Shown: piece by piece, positions 1 through 11,080 of the stretch
Numbering within the stretch: position 1 is the stretch's first letter
How the letters are laid out: the number at the start of each line of letters is the position of its first letter
Made by a program: the position numbers and the translations under genes
Notes under the pieces: model-generated
What the model was told of the DNA's origin: nothing
What the model saw: only the letters and a program-made list of their open reading frames with translations
Database searches by the model: none
Source of the DNA: the human T2T-CHM13v2.0 reference genome, Homo sapiens
DNA: 64,000 nucleotides
Strand: one strand, 5' to 3'
Assembly (NCBI RefSeq): GCF_009914755.1
Contig: NC_060925.1

Positions 1-529
1 GAAAGAAACAGGAAAAGAAAGAAAATTTTTTTACAAAAACTCATGGGGACACAAAGGGAATGATAGAAAACACTTCTGAATCAGCTAGTCATCTACTAAC
101 AAGCTGTAAAGATCTCCAATGACAAGTTGTCACATTAGTTTAGTGAAACTGAAGCAGTACTTATCCCCTTTCCTGTGCTTAATCTCTCCCTGCGTGCCAC
201 AAAAACATGCTACCACGTTTAATAGGATTAGTTTCGTTCACTTTCTCCCCCCACCCCTTTTATTTTTTACAATTCTATTTTCAGCAATACAGGGATCCTT
301 GAATTCATCGACTTCCTGTGGTGCACAGTAAACCTGGCATACATGATTTTTACCCTTTAAATACTTTATTTTGAATGTGAAAAATGTAATTTATTTCCTA
401 TCTTCCCCCCAATAGCCATAGCTTGGGGTGTGGGGGCAGGTGTTGATGGTAAAAGGGTCAAGACAAAAACAGGGTTATGGAAAAGGGCTGACACAGCCCA
501 ATCCCTGCAGAAGCTACTGCCCTAAGCGA

Positions 530-690
530 AATTGCTCTAGCTCAGACTACAGGCAGACCCGGATTCCAATTCTGGCTGTGCCACTTACTGGCCTTGCGGC
601 CTTGAGCAAGTGGTGAAGCCTTCCCCAGTCTCAGTTCCCTCATTCAAACATGGCGATAATTCATCTCTTGGCTGTTGGGAGAATTACGCA
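530..690 (+). mobile_element. MIR fragment
   Basis: ggattccaattctggctgtgccacttactggc..ccttgagcaagt..tctcagttccctcat matches the MIR core. Confidence 0.7.
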
Positions 691-697
691 TACTATA

Positions 698-868
698 CTT
701 TATTTCCCCACTTCTAAGATTCACTTTTTCTCATATCTTATGTTCCTAAAATCAGTGTCTCACAATCCATTGTGCATTTAAGATCCTCGTATTTTCCTTT
801 TCTCCTAAAGGCCATCTTTAAACGGTGTGTCTTATAATCTACGACATTTTGGAATCAAGAAACGGGAA
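698..868. mobile_element. MER104-like (TcMar-Tc2) fragment
   Basis: tatttc..ttctaagattcactttttctcata...gtgtcttataatc...ttttggaatcaagaaacgg resembles the MER104 consensus as I recall it. Confidence 0.4.
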
Positions 869-1439
869 TTTTGGGGTGTAAAGCACCTGTCCCAGTCCTG
901 AGGCGTAGCAGTGCTCAGCAAGTGCTGGGAGTATCCATCGCCGCCCATTTTCACTATGCCTGCTGACTCCTTGCCGCATTCCCACGGAAAGATCACTTTG
1001 GAATAGGAGAGAAGAAGGTGTTGACACTTTTGCCCCTCGTCCAGATCCTTCTAGACTAGAGTTTCTAATTGAGGTTTCCGAGATCTGCCTAAATCAAACA
1101 CCGATCATAACTGCCCATATTGGGTCAGAACCAAAATCCTTCGGTCCACTCTGCTCCCTCAAAGGGTCACCAACTGTCGTGCTTAGCAGTGTCTTGCAAA
1201 CAGTAATTATCCGATGAATTGAATTATTCTGTTTTCTTTGAGTCCACTTTGGGTTAAGCACCCCCTCCCGCTCTCCCCAGCACCGCCATCAGAAGATTAG
1301 CAATGGAGAGAGAAGGGGATGAACTCGCCTGATGGTGGTGGGAAAAGGACGGTGGGGCAGGGAACAGGGACCCAGACGAGTGAAAGGAGCAGCAGGGCCT
1401 AGGGAGGGGACGGAGGAAGATGGAGCTGGGAGGAAGTAG

Positions 1440-1930
1440 GAAGCTAGCGTGAGGGGCGCTGTCGAGGCGCTGAAGGGGGGCACACACCGAGGCGCAGCCC
1501 GCACCCCCAGTAGGCTGAGAGGGCGCCGGGGACCCGCACTGAGAGTCAAGGCAGCCCCGCTTCCCTACCCATAGCGCCCCCCGGGAGATAGTCCGGGACG
1601 CAGGGCCCCCGAGGCTGCGGGTCCAAGTCTTTCAGCCAACCCGGGATTAGCGAGCCAGCCGCTTCAAAAGTCTAGGCGAGAGGAAGCCGAGACGCGTCGG
1701 CCTTCGCCGGGCTGGAGCCCCTGCCAGATTTAGCCTCCCGCCTGGCCTTTTCTCCGGCCTGCCCCTCCGCCCTTCAAACGACGCTTCCACACGCCCCCTC
1801 CCCGCCTGTTTCCCGGGCCTCCTCCGGGGAAACTGGCGCTCTTCGCCCACCCAACTCCCCTCCACCCACCTCCCCCGCGCCCCCAGTTCGAAGTTCCCCC
1901 GACAGAGCCCACCCACACTCGCTCCCCCAA
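1440..1930. promoter_or_regulatory. CpG island (upstream)
   Basis: Dense CpG and GC-rich sequence by eye. Confidence 0.6.
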
Positions 1931-3344
1931 CTCCACTCCCTTGCCCCTCCCACACACACACAGCTACACACTACCCCTGTCCCGCCCATTCACACTCTGC
2001 AGACACACTTCCCCCAGCCCTCCCCATCCCGTTCTCCCCCAACTCACCCACCAACACCCTTTGCCTCTCGGCCTTTGCCCCCTGTCCACCTACAAGTGTA
2101 GGGAATAGAGCTCTTTCCACTAGGAGGGTGCTTGGGGAGGAGAAGCCAGAAGTTGCCATCCATTTTTGTACAGTTTGACCCCAAATATGTTTCTCTCTAG
2201 TTTTTGGGGGGCGCCCTTTGTTTTTGTCCCCTAAAGTTACGGACTTTTTCCACCTAGGAAACAGGGACAGAGAAAGTAGCCAGAGAGCAGGAACCTTCCA
2301 CGCTTGCCCAAAGACCACGGACACCAGGAGGACAGGCATCTAGGGGTGATGCTTCCTCTTTCCCTCATTCAGAGAGTGCAGTGCCTTCACCCCGACCCCT
2401 GGGGTCCATTCACTAGGGGCTGGGCCCACCGACACCCCACGCTGGCAATCCCTTCTTTACTCCCCCCGCCCCCGGGAATCTACGATTACTTTATCTCAAG
2501 CCTTTTGAGGGTACCAGCAAAACACCTTTCTCGGGATGTTTAATAAGCTGCTCACAGGCCTCTGCAGTTGAAAAACTGTCAGCCCTCTTGAGCTGTTGTC
2601 TGCTGCTTCAGCCCGTTCCATTTCCTTGGCTTTCTTCCCCCCACTTCTGCAGTCACAGCCGAGCATGGCACCTTCCTGCCCAGCTTCCTTTCCCTTCTCA
2701 CAGCTGTCCTTGGCTGTCTGTCCCCTAATCACCTTGGGGTATGCTTCTATTCATTGGTTTGAACATAACTTTATGAAAGGTTATATTTTAATTTACATGG
2801 ATTTGGGGGAGGTTATTGAGTCAAACATGTAAAAACATATAACATATGATCTACATTTGCTTTTGTTTTACCTAGGAATGTTGTCTTTTTTTTTTTTCTC
2901 TCCTTCTTGTTGTTCCCTTTTGAAGAGAACTCTTTGTCCTGTGGTTTCATTTGTCTGACCAGCGGTTTCTTTAGGAGATGCTTGCCATCTATAAAACAGG
3001 GAGGGTGAACGGGCCAAAAAAAGGTGGGGGTGGGGTGGAGGAGGAAGTAGACTTCAGATTGGTAAATTCCCCCCTTTGCCAGTAGGCCTGATGGACAGTT
3101 CTAGGTCCAAAAGCACAGGGCCTAGCTTCCAAATGTGCCAATTCTGATTTATTTTATGGCCTAAAAGACGGGGGAGGGGAAAGCATGTAAAGGTGACAAC
3201 TATGCATGAGCTAAAATGTGCATACACATACATATCCCATGACAGTCCAGCTGGCTTCACCAAAACGTTGGGGATAGGGACAGGTCCTTATAAGAATACA
3301 TGTCAGCTCGAGTGTACACAGCACTCATTTGTGGGCAACATACC

Positions 3345-3555
3345 TTCCAAGTATTGAGCACTAGTCATGTGCTGAACAAGTTTAGTCGTGTAGAAGTCTC
3401 TCAATAAATCTATGATTTGGATATTATCCCCACTTCACAGATAAAAAGAACTGAGTCTCAAACAGATTAAGTAACACACTGAAGGTCACAGAGTCAGTAA
3501 CAAACCAGCTGAGCAGTAATTAAAGACACAGGGTGACCCCCAGATTCCCAGGTCC
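3345..3555 (-). mobile_element. MIR fragment
   Basis: tattatccccacttcacagataaaaagaactgagtctca..attaagtaac..aaggtcacagag is the MIR core in reverse. Confidence 0.75.
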
Positions 3556-3601
3556 TTCTTCTGATTACCTCACTGGGGTGGGCCCAGAAATCTTTATTTA
3601 A

Positions 3602-3630
3602 AACAACAACAACAACAACAACAACAACAA
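3602..3630 (+). repeat. (AAC)n microsatellite
   Basis: Direct observation. Confidence 0.9.
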
Positions 3631-4229
3631 AAAAACACCCCTTCGGTGATTCCGATGATTCGTCAGGTCTTCGGAAGCACCACTCCACATCAAACCATCC
3701 CGCTATTCCTGTCACCAGCCTTGCCTCCAAGCAGCCTACTCCACGTTGGACAAAACATTTAAAACATATTTAAATAGCAATTTCGAAAAACTATACAGCA
3801 TATGGATTTTCCTTTTGATCTCAAAATGATGACAAACAGACACTTAGATACTTCATAAAAGAAATATTACCAGAAAAAATATAGAAATCTGGCTTTCAAC
3901 TTCATCTTGCTCTAATTTAAACAAAATGCAACTTTCCAGTTACTCTCTCCAAATGCATCCAAACTGGGAGCGTCCTTCTCTTTTCGCTGCGTCAGGCAGG
4001 CACCTACTTATTTCTAGCCCACTCCTCACCCTGAATAAAAGCTTCTGGTAAGATGGACAATATGGAAAACTTCAGTCCTATCACCAAAGCCCCTGAAAAT
4101 GGAGCACCCCCGAATTCACATCCTTGACGTGAAAGACCAAAGAGAGGGAAGCTGGGAGTAACGGCCAAACATCCTTAGAGTAATTGACAAAAGAAAGGGG
4201 GTGGGCAGAAAGGGAGATTTCCATCCCTT

Positions 4230-5560
4230 CAAACGTGCACGCCCCTCCCGCGGTCCCGGGAGGGAGTCCCCCCTCCCAGGTCGAGCGCGTCCACCGGCTG
4301 TCCCCACAGCAACAGGCGGGCGGCGGGGGAGGAGAGGCCGCGGGGGCAGCGCAGGCCTGGCGGCGGCCGAAATCCCCCGGCCACCACGACGTTCCCCAGC
4401 TCTGCGGCGCGCCGGGAGCAGGTGGTTGCCCTCTGCGTCCAGGGCGTGTACTGAGCCCAGGCTAGCTGAGCGAGGCTGCAGCCCCTGCGATGGCCCGGGA
4501 AGAGGCAAGTGCCGCGGGGCCAGAGCGAGGAGGGACCAGCAGGGCGGCCTGGACCCCCACTTGGCCGCGCAGGCAGGAGGGGCGCGCCCTCTGCGGAGCG
4601 CGGCGCCGCGGCAGCCGCAGCATCTGGCGCTCGCTCTCTCTGGCCGGAGAGGCCGCGACACCTAGCGCGGGGCCGAGGCTAGGAAGGGCGGGCCGGGGAG
4701 GGAGGAGGGCACTGGGAGGAAGCCGCGGGCGAGGAAGCCCCGCTCCTGCCGAGTGCCTGGAGAGGAGATTCCCAGCCTTCCTGCCCAACCCGAAACTTTT
4801 CCAACACACGCAGGCGTATTCCTCGCAGGATTCGGCGGTCCCGAGTCGCAGTCAGGGAGGAGGCTCGGGAAGCACACGTGCCCTGGCACACTGGAGGAGG
4901 TACACAGGCACACCAGGAGGGACAGGGCCTCTTGGGAGGCGGCTGAGGGCGTGAAGGCAGCAGGCGGCCACACATCCGAAAGGGACTCCCTGCGAGCGGG
5001 ATCGAGCGCTTAAAACCCTGCCACAGCTTGGAAGTGTAGCGGTGCCCAGAGGCTTTGCGTAACTTTGCCCACTGCGCCCCCGCGTGCAAAGGTGTCCCCT
5101 TCACACTCACACCCTCACCCCATCTCACTCCCCTTGAGTTGCGGCCCGAGACTGCCTTTGTACTTAAGCGACAGCAAAAGATATGTGGATTTGAACCAAA
5201 GATGGTGGGCAAGAGTGTTGTAAATTGTGTAAATTCCACTCGCGGGAACCCCCAGATACGTAGGGAGAGCACCCCTTTCTCGCCGAAGGCATCCCCTCCG
5301 TTTCTCTCAGCCTTTGGGTTTCCAGCTTCTTCGCTACTATGGACTGAAGAAGACAAAGCACAGCCAAATCAATGTTTTGGGTGTTTTTGTTTTTGTTTGG
5401 TTTTTTTAAATCACGGCCTCTCCAAATGCTAACCCTCAAAACGATGGGTGGGGTTGGAGAAAGGCAAGTTATGTCAGGGAGCACCCCTCGGAAGGCGCGC
5501 GCGCGGCCTGGCCGGTTCCTCGCCGGGCTCTGGGCAGCCGGGCGGAGTGGCTAGATTATG
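4230..5560. promoter_or_regulatory. CpG island (upstream; possible distal promoter)
   Basis: Very GC- and CpG-rich (e.g. gcggagcgcggcgccgcggcagccgc), with GC boxes. Confidence 0.75.
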
Positions 5561-6296
5561 TAAGTAGCAGCCCTCCATGTGCTCACCACCATCTGTTAAT
5601 ATCTTGGTATTGGAAAGTTCGGTGCCTGAGGCAAAGCCAGGGTTGGCGGCGAAGAGCTCCCAGCCTACACTTCACTACTCCAGGGCAGGGAATGTACTTC
5701 CCTTTGATTGTTTTCGCCCACTTCCATAAAATCAAGTAGTAGTGTGTCCCTTCAATCACTGACAACCTCCTCATCCCCGCGGGTGTGTCTTTGTGGGCGA
5801 AGAGTGATTTTCTTCGAGGTCAACTTATTGTAATTAGCCCTTTCGATGAAATTATATTTTCATGACAATTCTGCGCTCCTTAAAGCAATGTGGCAGACTC
5901 TTATTTGGGAGTGGGTTCTTTATCATTTTAAAAATTACTTTCTTTCTGCCAGCACCCCTGGATCCAAATTCTTGTAAGGGTTATATTTCAACTTCTTTGG
6001 AGTGATTGGCTTCTGTTTACTTTGAAAGCTGTTGGTTAAACAAACATCACTCAGGAGGCTTCTAAGCAGTGGGGTTCCCAGGAGAGAAAACGCTGCAGCT
6101 GCTACTTGCTACTGATCTTGTGGCATTTCACTTCCCCCCCCATTCAGAACAAATCCAGGTTGGGCTTGGCGTCACACTGAGCACAGGAGATGAGAGTGAG
6201 AGGCCATCAGTCAGTTTTGCCTCTAGAAAGCTTGCAGCAGGCAGGCCTGCACCCTGGGGTTGGTTTTCCTCTCTTCCCTTCTTCAGGGTGCTGATA

Positions 6297-6342
6297 GTGA
6301 TGGTGGTAGTGGTGGCGGTGGTGGTGGTGGTAGCGGTGGGTG
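6297..6342 (+). repeat. Imperfect (GTG)n repeat
   Basis: Direct observation. Confidence 0.85.
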
Positions 6343-6849
6343 GCTGACCTGGAAGTCCTTAGGCACCCTTTTCCAAAATCCACGTCCACTTTTGCCTCTC
6401 AACTGAATCTGGTTGTAATTCTCAGAATTGGTTTGTTTAGGATCTGATAACAGTTGTTTGTAAGGTTTTAAATTACTTATACACACTGTCTTCCCTCCTG
6501 CCCCCACCTAACAGCTTTAAGAAAGAACAGGAGGCGTGAGCATACACCGAGCAAATGTCAAGGCGAAGTGTATTTAACCCAGAACCAGATGCATGGGTGA
6601 TAACTGCGAGTTTGTCTAAGAACACACAGATCACCCTTCAGATAAATAAGTAAATGCAACCTGCACGGATAGAGTGTGTTACAAGACCGGTCAGAACTTG
6701 CGTTAACTTCTAAGTTACTGGGGTTGTGTTGGAAGTGGGGCGGAGGGAGGAGTTGTCTTAACCCTAGGCTTGGCGGCTGGTTTCAGAGATGGAGCCAATA
6801 TCTAGGCGACTCCTTGTCTCCAGGCTTCTCCCCTATCAGAAAACAAAGC

Positions 6850-7300
6850 GGGAGTCGCCCGAGATAGGGGGCTCGGGCCTCAAGTCTTGTCCAGGGCAGC
6901 CCGAGACCCAGGAGAATGCCGCAGCTCTAGCAAGAGAGGTTGCCAGGAGCCTGGCCTGTACGCCTCCCCGACAGTAGAGGACAGGACACGGGACAGGGCT
7001 GCGCCGAGGCAGCTCACGGAGCTGGGCTGCGAACCGATCTCGCTCGCCTAGCGTGGCGCGCGCTCCTATTTCAAGTCGCCGCTCCTGCGCCCTAATGCGG
7101 GCTGCGAACCGCCGCGGCAGAGCGTCGCGAGCCGGGAGCCTCTGCCGCCGAGGCTGGGGGTGGGAGAGCTTCCTTGTTCGGCAAGCGGGTTACCCCGACT
7201 TCGACTCAGGCCTGCTTTTGCCCACGGCGTGACACAGGACTTACTGGGGTTCTCAGGGAACTTTTCCCGCCGCCAGTTCCCGGGCGTGGTGTGTGCAAAA
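6850..7300. promoter_or_regulatory. CpG island
   Basis: Dense CpG (gcgtggcgcgcgc, gccgcggcagagcgtcgcga). Confidence 0.65.
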
Positions 7301-7645
7301 CGTGCATTCAAGCGCTATGTGCAATTGACACAAACTTGTGGGCTAAAGTGCAAGCCATTTTTTTCGCGTTTGAATCTTTTTCTCTGTCCCTGACTCCTTT
7401 CTTCCCCCTACTCCCCCCTCCTCCTTCTCTGCTCTCCGCCCTTTTAAATGTCAAACTGAGCAGATGGTTTTAAGGTGTGGAAAGGTATATAGCCCTTACT
7501 CCTACCAGTTTATTTGTGGGCTGGCGCTAACTTATATGTACAAACCAAGATTCTTAAAGAAAACTAGTAGGACGAAAAATAAGAAAGAAAGTAGCTTTGA
7601 TCCATTCTCAGATCCCAAGTTTCCCCGCTCAATACACCCGCTTAC

Positions 7646-7740
7646 CTCGAAGGGACCCAACCAATAGAAGCATTATTCCGTCCTGTATCTAATGGGCATG
7701 TTGATTATTTCTGCTCCCAGCCTCAACTGTCACATCCCGG
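7646..7740 (-). ncRNA. PROX1-AS1: Probable first exon of the divergent lncRNA PROX1-AS1 (start approximate)
   Basis: Strong minus-strand donor GAG|GTAAGC (plus-strand gcttacctc, 7640-7648). A divergent lncRNA, PROX1-AS1, is known to start upstream of PROX1; the exact exon is inferred. Confidence 0.4.
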
Positions 7741-9139
7741 TTAGAACACCTGATACAACAGTCAATAGTTGGAGGTGTGAGTGGTGCGTGTGCGCTCCTC
7801 TGTGTTGCTTCCGTGATAGACGCGTGGGGGGAGTGTGTGGGGGCGGCAAAAGGGGAAAGAAGAAGGCTGGGGATGCTCCCGCAATCTCTTTTCTTATCGC
7901 CGACACCTAACCTGACCGACCTAATTTTTTTTCTCCTTTTCACTGTTTGAAATTCGTGCCAAAAGTTTCCTGCCGGGATAGACTCGGACATACTAACATC
8001 GCTATTCTTATTCAAAGGGAGGGCTTAATATCCTCTTTACGGTTTGGTGAATTTGAGGCTGAAATTGTAAATTCCCTAGGAAGGAGTGTGTGTGTGTGTG
8101 TGTCGCAGAAGACATTGGTAGTGTTTGGCCAGTGTACTTGTAACACACCTCATAAATACCCTGTTGTCACGACACAGCATGATTCAACCTTTGATCTGAT
8201 TAAATTTGAGGGACACACGAAGACTACTTGTCCTCCTCCTACTTACAAAAATGAGTGTCTAATAGACTATGTATGAATGTTTCTGCTTCGCAGCTCTTGC
8301 AAGTCCCAGCTTTTATAGGATCTTTAGGTCATAAACGCGGCTGCTTTATTAAAAGCCGTTTACTGTGCCCGGTGAAAGGGACGTTCTAGCTGCGGCTGAG
8401 GCTCGCTTGCATTTGTAACTTGCAAAGCCCAAGGAGATCTTTAAGAGCCACATTATCTAAAGAAATTTTGCTGGTTATTTTTCAAGCAAGAAATGTCAAA
8501 CCAAAGTAAATTTTCTAGGGCTTTATTTTAGAGCCTGCGATTTATGCGTTTGAAATTTCTTGCCTAATAAACTTTAAAGTTTGTTGCCCAGGCGTCAAAA
8601 CTGTGTAAATCCTGTATTGAACAGCTATCTTTGGTCTTTCTGGGGCGAGTGAATTAGTGAAGGGTAATCGCCAGATGTTTGCAACATATATATTTTTAAA
8701 GGCTGCTTTACCTACAATCCAACTAATGTCAGAGGTAACCAAGGGTAAATATTCCTCTTCCTGATAATTTGGACTGGAGATAAACTGGGACTCAGCCAAT
8801 GTTGATCTTCGTCTAATAACAGATGCAGCGGACCCGATGTGAAACCTCTGGCACCTATTATTTTAATACCAAACCTACCTGTATTTTATTGTCCACCTCC
8901 CCTTTAAAAGGAACCAAGGGTGACACGTATCCTTGACACTACCTATGATCGTTTAAAAAGTGGAATGATTTGCAGATCCCCCCCTCCCTCCTCCTATGCC
9001 ACCCCCACCCCTAAAACCCCCACTTTTTCTCCCGTATACTTTTCCGTGCCTTCCTCCACCCAAGTCGGAGGAGCGCTCACTCGCTCGGCCACTCGGCGAA
9101 CTCGATCAGCTGTATCTGGGAAATGAAAAAAGAAAAAGA

Positions 9140-9640
9140 AAAAAAAAAAAAAAGACCTGCGTCCTGGAAGAGCTAGTGTGAGCCGGGCGCCGCTCGCGCC
9201 GTCTCCCGCTTTGCATAGTGCCCGCAGATGGCTCGCTCCGGCCCAGGCGCGGCGATCCAGTCGTCCCGAAGCTGTGGCAGGGTGGGGGTGGGGGTGGGGG
9301 CCGGGGATGGAGGCCGGGGAGGGGGAGCGCAGGGCCCCTCTCCCCTCCTCTCTTCCCAGCCCCTCACCCCCACCCCTTTTATATTTTTTTTTCCTCCCAA
9401 GTTCTCTTGCCTTGCTATCCCCCCTTGAATCCGAAGGCGCCTCGCGATTGGGTGCTGGGGCCGGGTACGTCAGATAGACTGTGACGTGCAGTCTTCCTGT
9501 TTCCTTCAGCTGTGTCTTAAAGTAAATCTTGTTGTGGAGCGGAGCCCTCAGCTGAGGGAGCGCTCTGAAATAATACACCATTGCAGCCGGGGAAAGCAGA
9601 GCGGCGCAAAAGAGCTCTCGCCGGGTCCGCCTGCTCCCTC
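9140..9640 (+). promoter_or_regulatory. PROX1: PROX1 core promoter / CpG island
   Basis: High GC and CpG density, G-runs, TCGCGA (9442-9447), inverted CCAAT (ATTGG 9447-9451), and CRE/ATF half-sites ACGTCA (9467-9472) and TGACGT (9482-9487) directly upstream of exon 1a. Confidence 0.75.
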
Positions 9641-9866
9641 TCCGCTTCGCTCCTCTTCTCTTCTTTACCCTTCTCCTCTCTCCTCCTCTGCTGCTCTCTC
9701 CTCTCCTCCGCTCTTCTCTCTCCTCCTCTCCTGCTCTCTCCTCTTCCCTTAGCTCCTCTTCTTTTCTTCTCCTCTTCTTCCCTCTCCTCGCCTCTCCCCT
9801 GCTCCTCTTCTCTCGTCTCCCCTCCCCTCCCGCCTCTCTCTCCCCTCTCCCTCTCCCACTCGCCCC
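9631..9866 (+). repeat. CT-rich low-complexity polypyrimidine tract in exon 1a
   Basis: ~235 nt of ctctc/ctcct units with only a handful of A. Confidence 0.9.
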
Positions 9867-9986
9867 GCTCGCTCGCTCGCTGTCGCACAGACTCACCGTC
9901 CCTTGTCCAATTATCATATTCATCACCCGCAAGATATCACCGTGTGTGCACTCGCGTGTTTTCCTCTCTCTGCCGGGGGAAAAAAA

Positions 9987-9987
9987 A

Positions 9988-10032
<45 letters not shown>
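9987..10032 (+). repeat. (GA)n microsatellite in exon 1a
   Basis: ~22 GA units with one interruption. Confidence 0.95.
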
Positions 10033-10033
<1 letters not shown>

Positions 10034-10094
10034 CTCGGTCCCACTGCTCCCTGCACCGCGTAAGTATCTTCTTCTTCCCCTCGTGAGTCCCTCC

Positions 10095-10297
10095 CCTTTT
10101 CCAGAATCACTTGCACTGTCTTGTTCTTGAATGAGAAAGGAAGAAAAGAGCCTCCCATTACTCAGACCCGTGTAAACATTATTCCCCCCAGGAGAAAATG
10201 GTGTTATTCAAATGAATCATAATAAAATAGCCTCTAAACAGTTTCTAAGCGGGAGCCTCCGTGGAACTCAGCGCTCCGCTCCTCCCAGTTCCTAAGA
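10095..10297 (+). other. PROX1: PROX1 alternative non-coding first exon 1b (start approximate)
   Basis: Ends at the donor AGA|GTAAGT (10298-10303). The junction ...cctaaga|ggtcccggga matches my recollection of a PROX1 mRNA 5'UTR. Confidence 0.7.
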
Positions 10298-10489
10298 GTA
10301 AGTGATCCTCTTGGCTTTTATTTCTTTCTCTTTCCTGCTGGTGGCTGGGGGTGGCGGTGGCGATGGGGGGGAGGCTGATGTTGCTGGACTTGTCGCTGAT
10401 CTTGTCACCTTTTGTGTACTGTTTCTGGGGTGTGAGGAGGCGTTTGCTCCCTTTCCTTCTTTCTCCTGCTCTCTCTTCTCAGGAGAGAG

Positions 10490-11080
10490 GACCGCGAGAG
10501 GGACCGGGTCGCTTTTTTGTTCGTGGAGATCCCCGCTTTCCGCCAAACCCCATCCTTCCGATCTCCCCAGGCTAAAACTCCGGGGCCGGTCCCCTTGTCC
10601 TTTCTCTTTGTCTTGTTTATTATAGCTGCCTTTCTTCCCGGCTCTTCCAATTTGCTTGTCATTTGCATACCTTTCACTTCTCCTTTTTTAACCCCAGCAG
10701 AGGACCGGGAACTGGGAGGAGGAGAGAGGGAGGTGGGGGGGCGCTCTGTTACTTTCGTCTCAAAACGCTGTCGAAGCCGAATTGTGGAAATCCGGCTTGG
10801 AGGGGAGCGGTGATGGGTCCCGGGAAACGCGCGCGGCGCCCCTCTTCCGAGCTCCTGGACCCAGGGCTGGGTCAAGTTGAGTAGGGTAAGGCGGCACCGG
10901 GAGGCTCGGGGGGTCGCGTGGCGGTGGGATTGGGACACCAGCACGAGGAGGACCGGAGGATCGCGGGCCGGGTAAGAGTAGGGGGTTCTTGGGCAGCAGA
11001 AATGGGAGGCGATGAATCTCCCAGCCATCGCTGGCAGACTATGGTGTTGGGCAGCTTCGGTCTGGTCTCGTCTGGGTGGT
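10490..11080. promoter_or_regulatory. CpG island at the 5' end of intron 1
   Basis: Dense CpG, GC-rich. Confidence 0.6.

Larger units (their letters stand above)
9510..10059 (+). other. PROX1: PROX1 non-coding first exon 1a (start approximate)
   Basis: Lies in the CpG island downstream of the promoter elements and ends at the donor CGC|GTAAGT (10060-10065). Matches my recollection of a PROX1 5'UTR with CT-rich and (GA)n tracts. The TSS cannot be fixed from sequence alone. Confidence 0.75.

Noticed and set aside
2308-2328. REST/RE1-like ACCACGGACA
   Set aside because: Lacks the TTCAGC left half and the GCGCC tail; partial match only.
4116-5484. Cluster of 100-225 aa ORFs on both strands
   Set aside because: Expected in GC-rich CpG islands, where stops are rare. 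The R/P/G/A-biased products have no recognisable family.
8994-9932. 312-aa R/E/G-rich minus-strand ORF and overlapping S/L/P-rich plus ORFs
   Set aside because: By-product of the CT-rich low-complexity tract, which lacks stop codons. No domain-like content.
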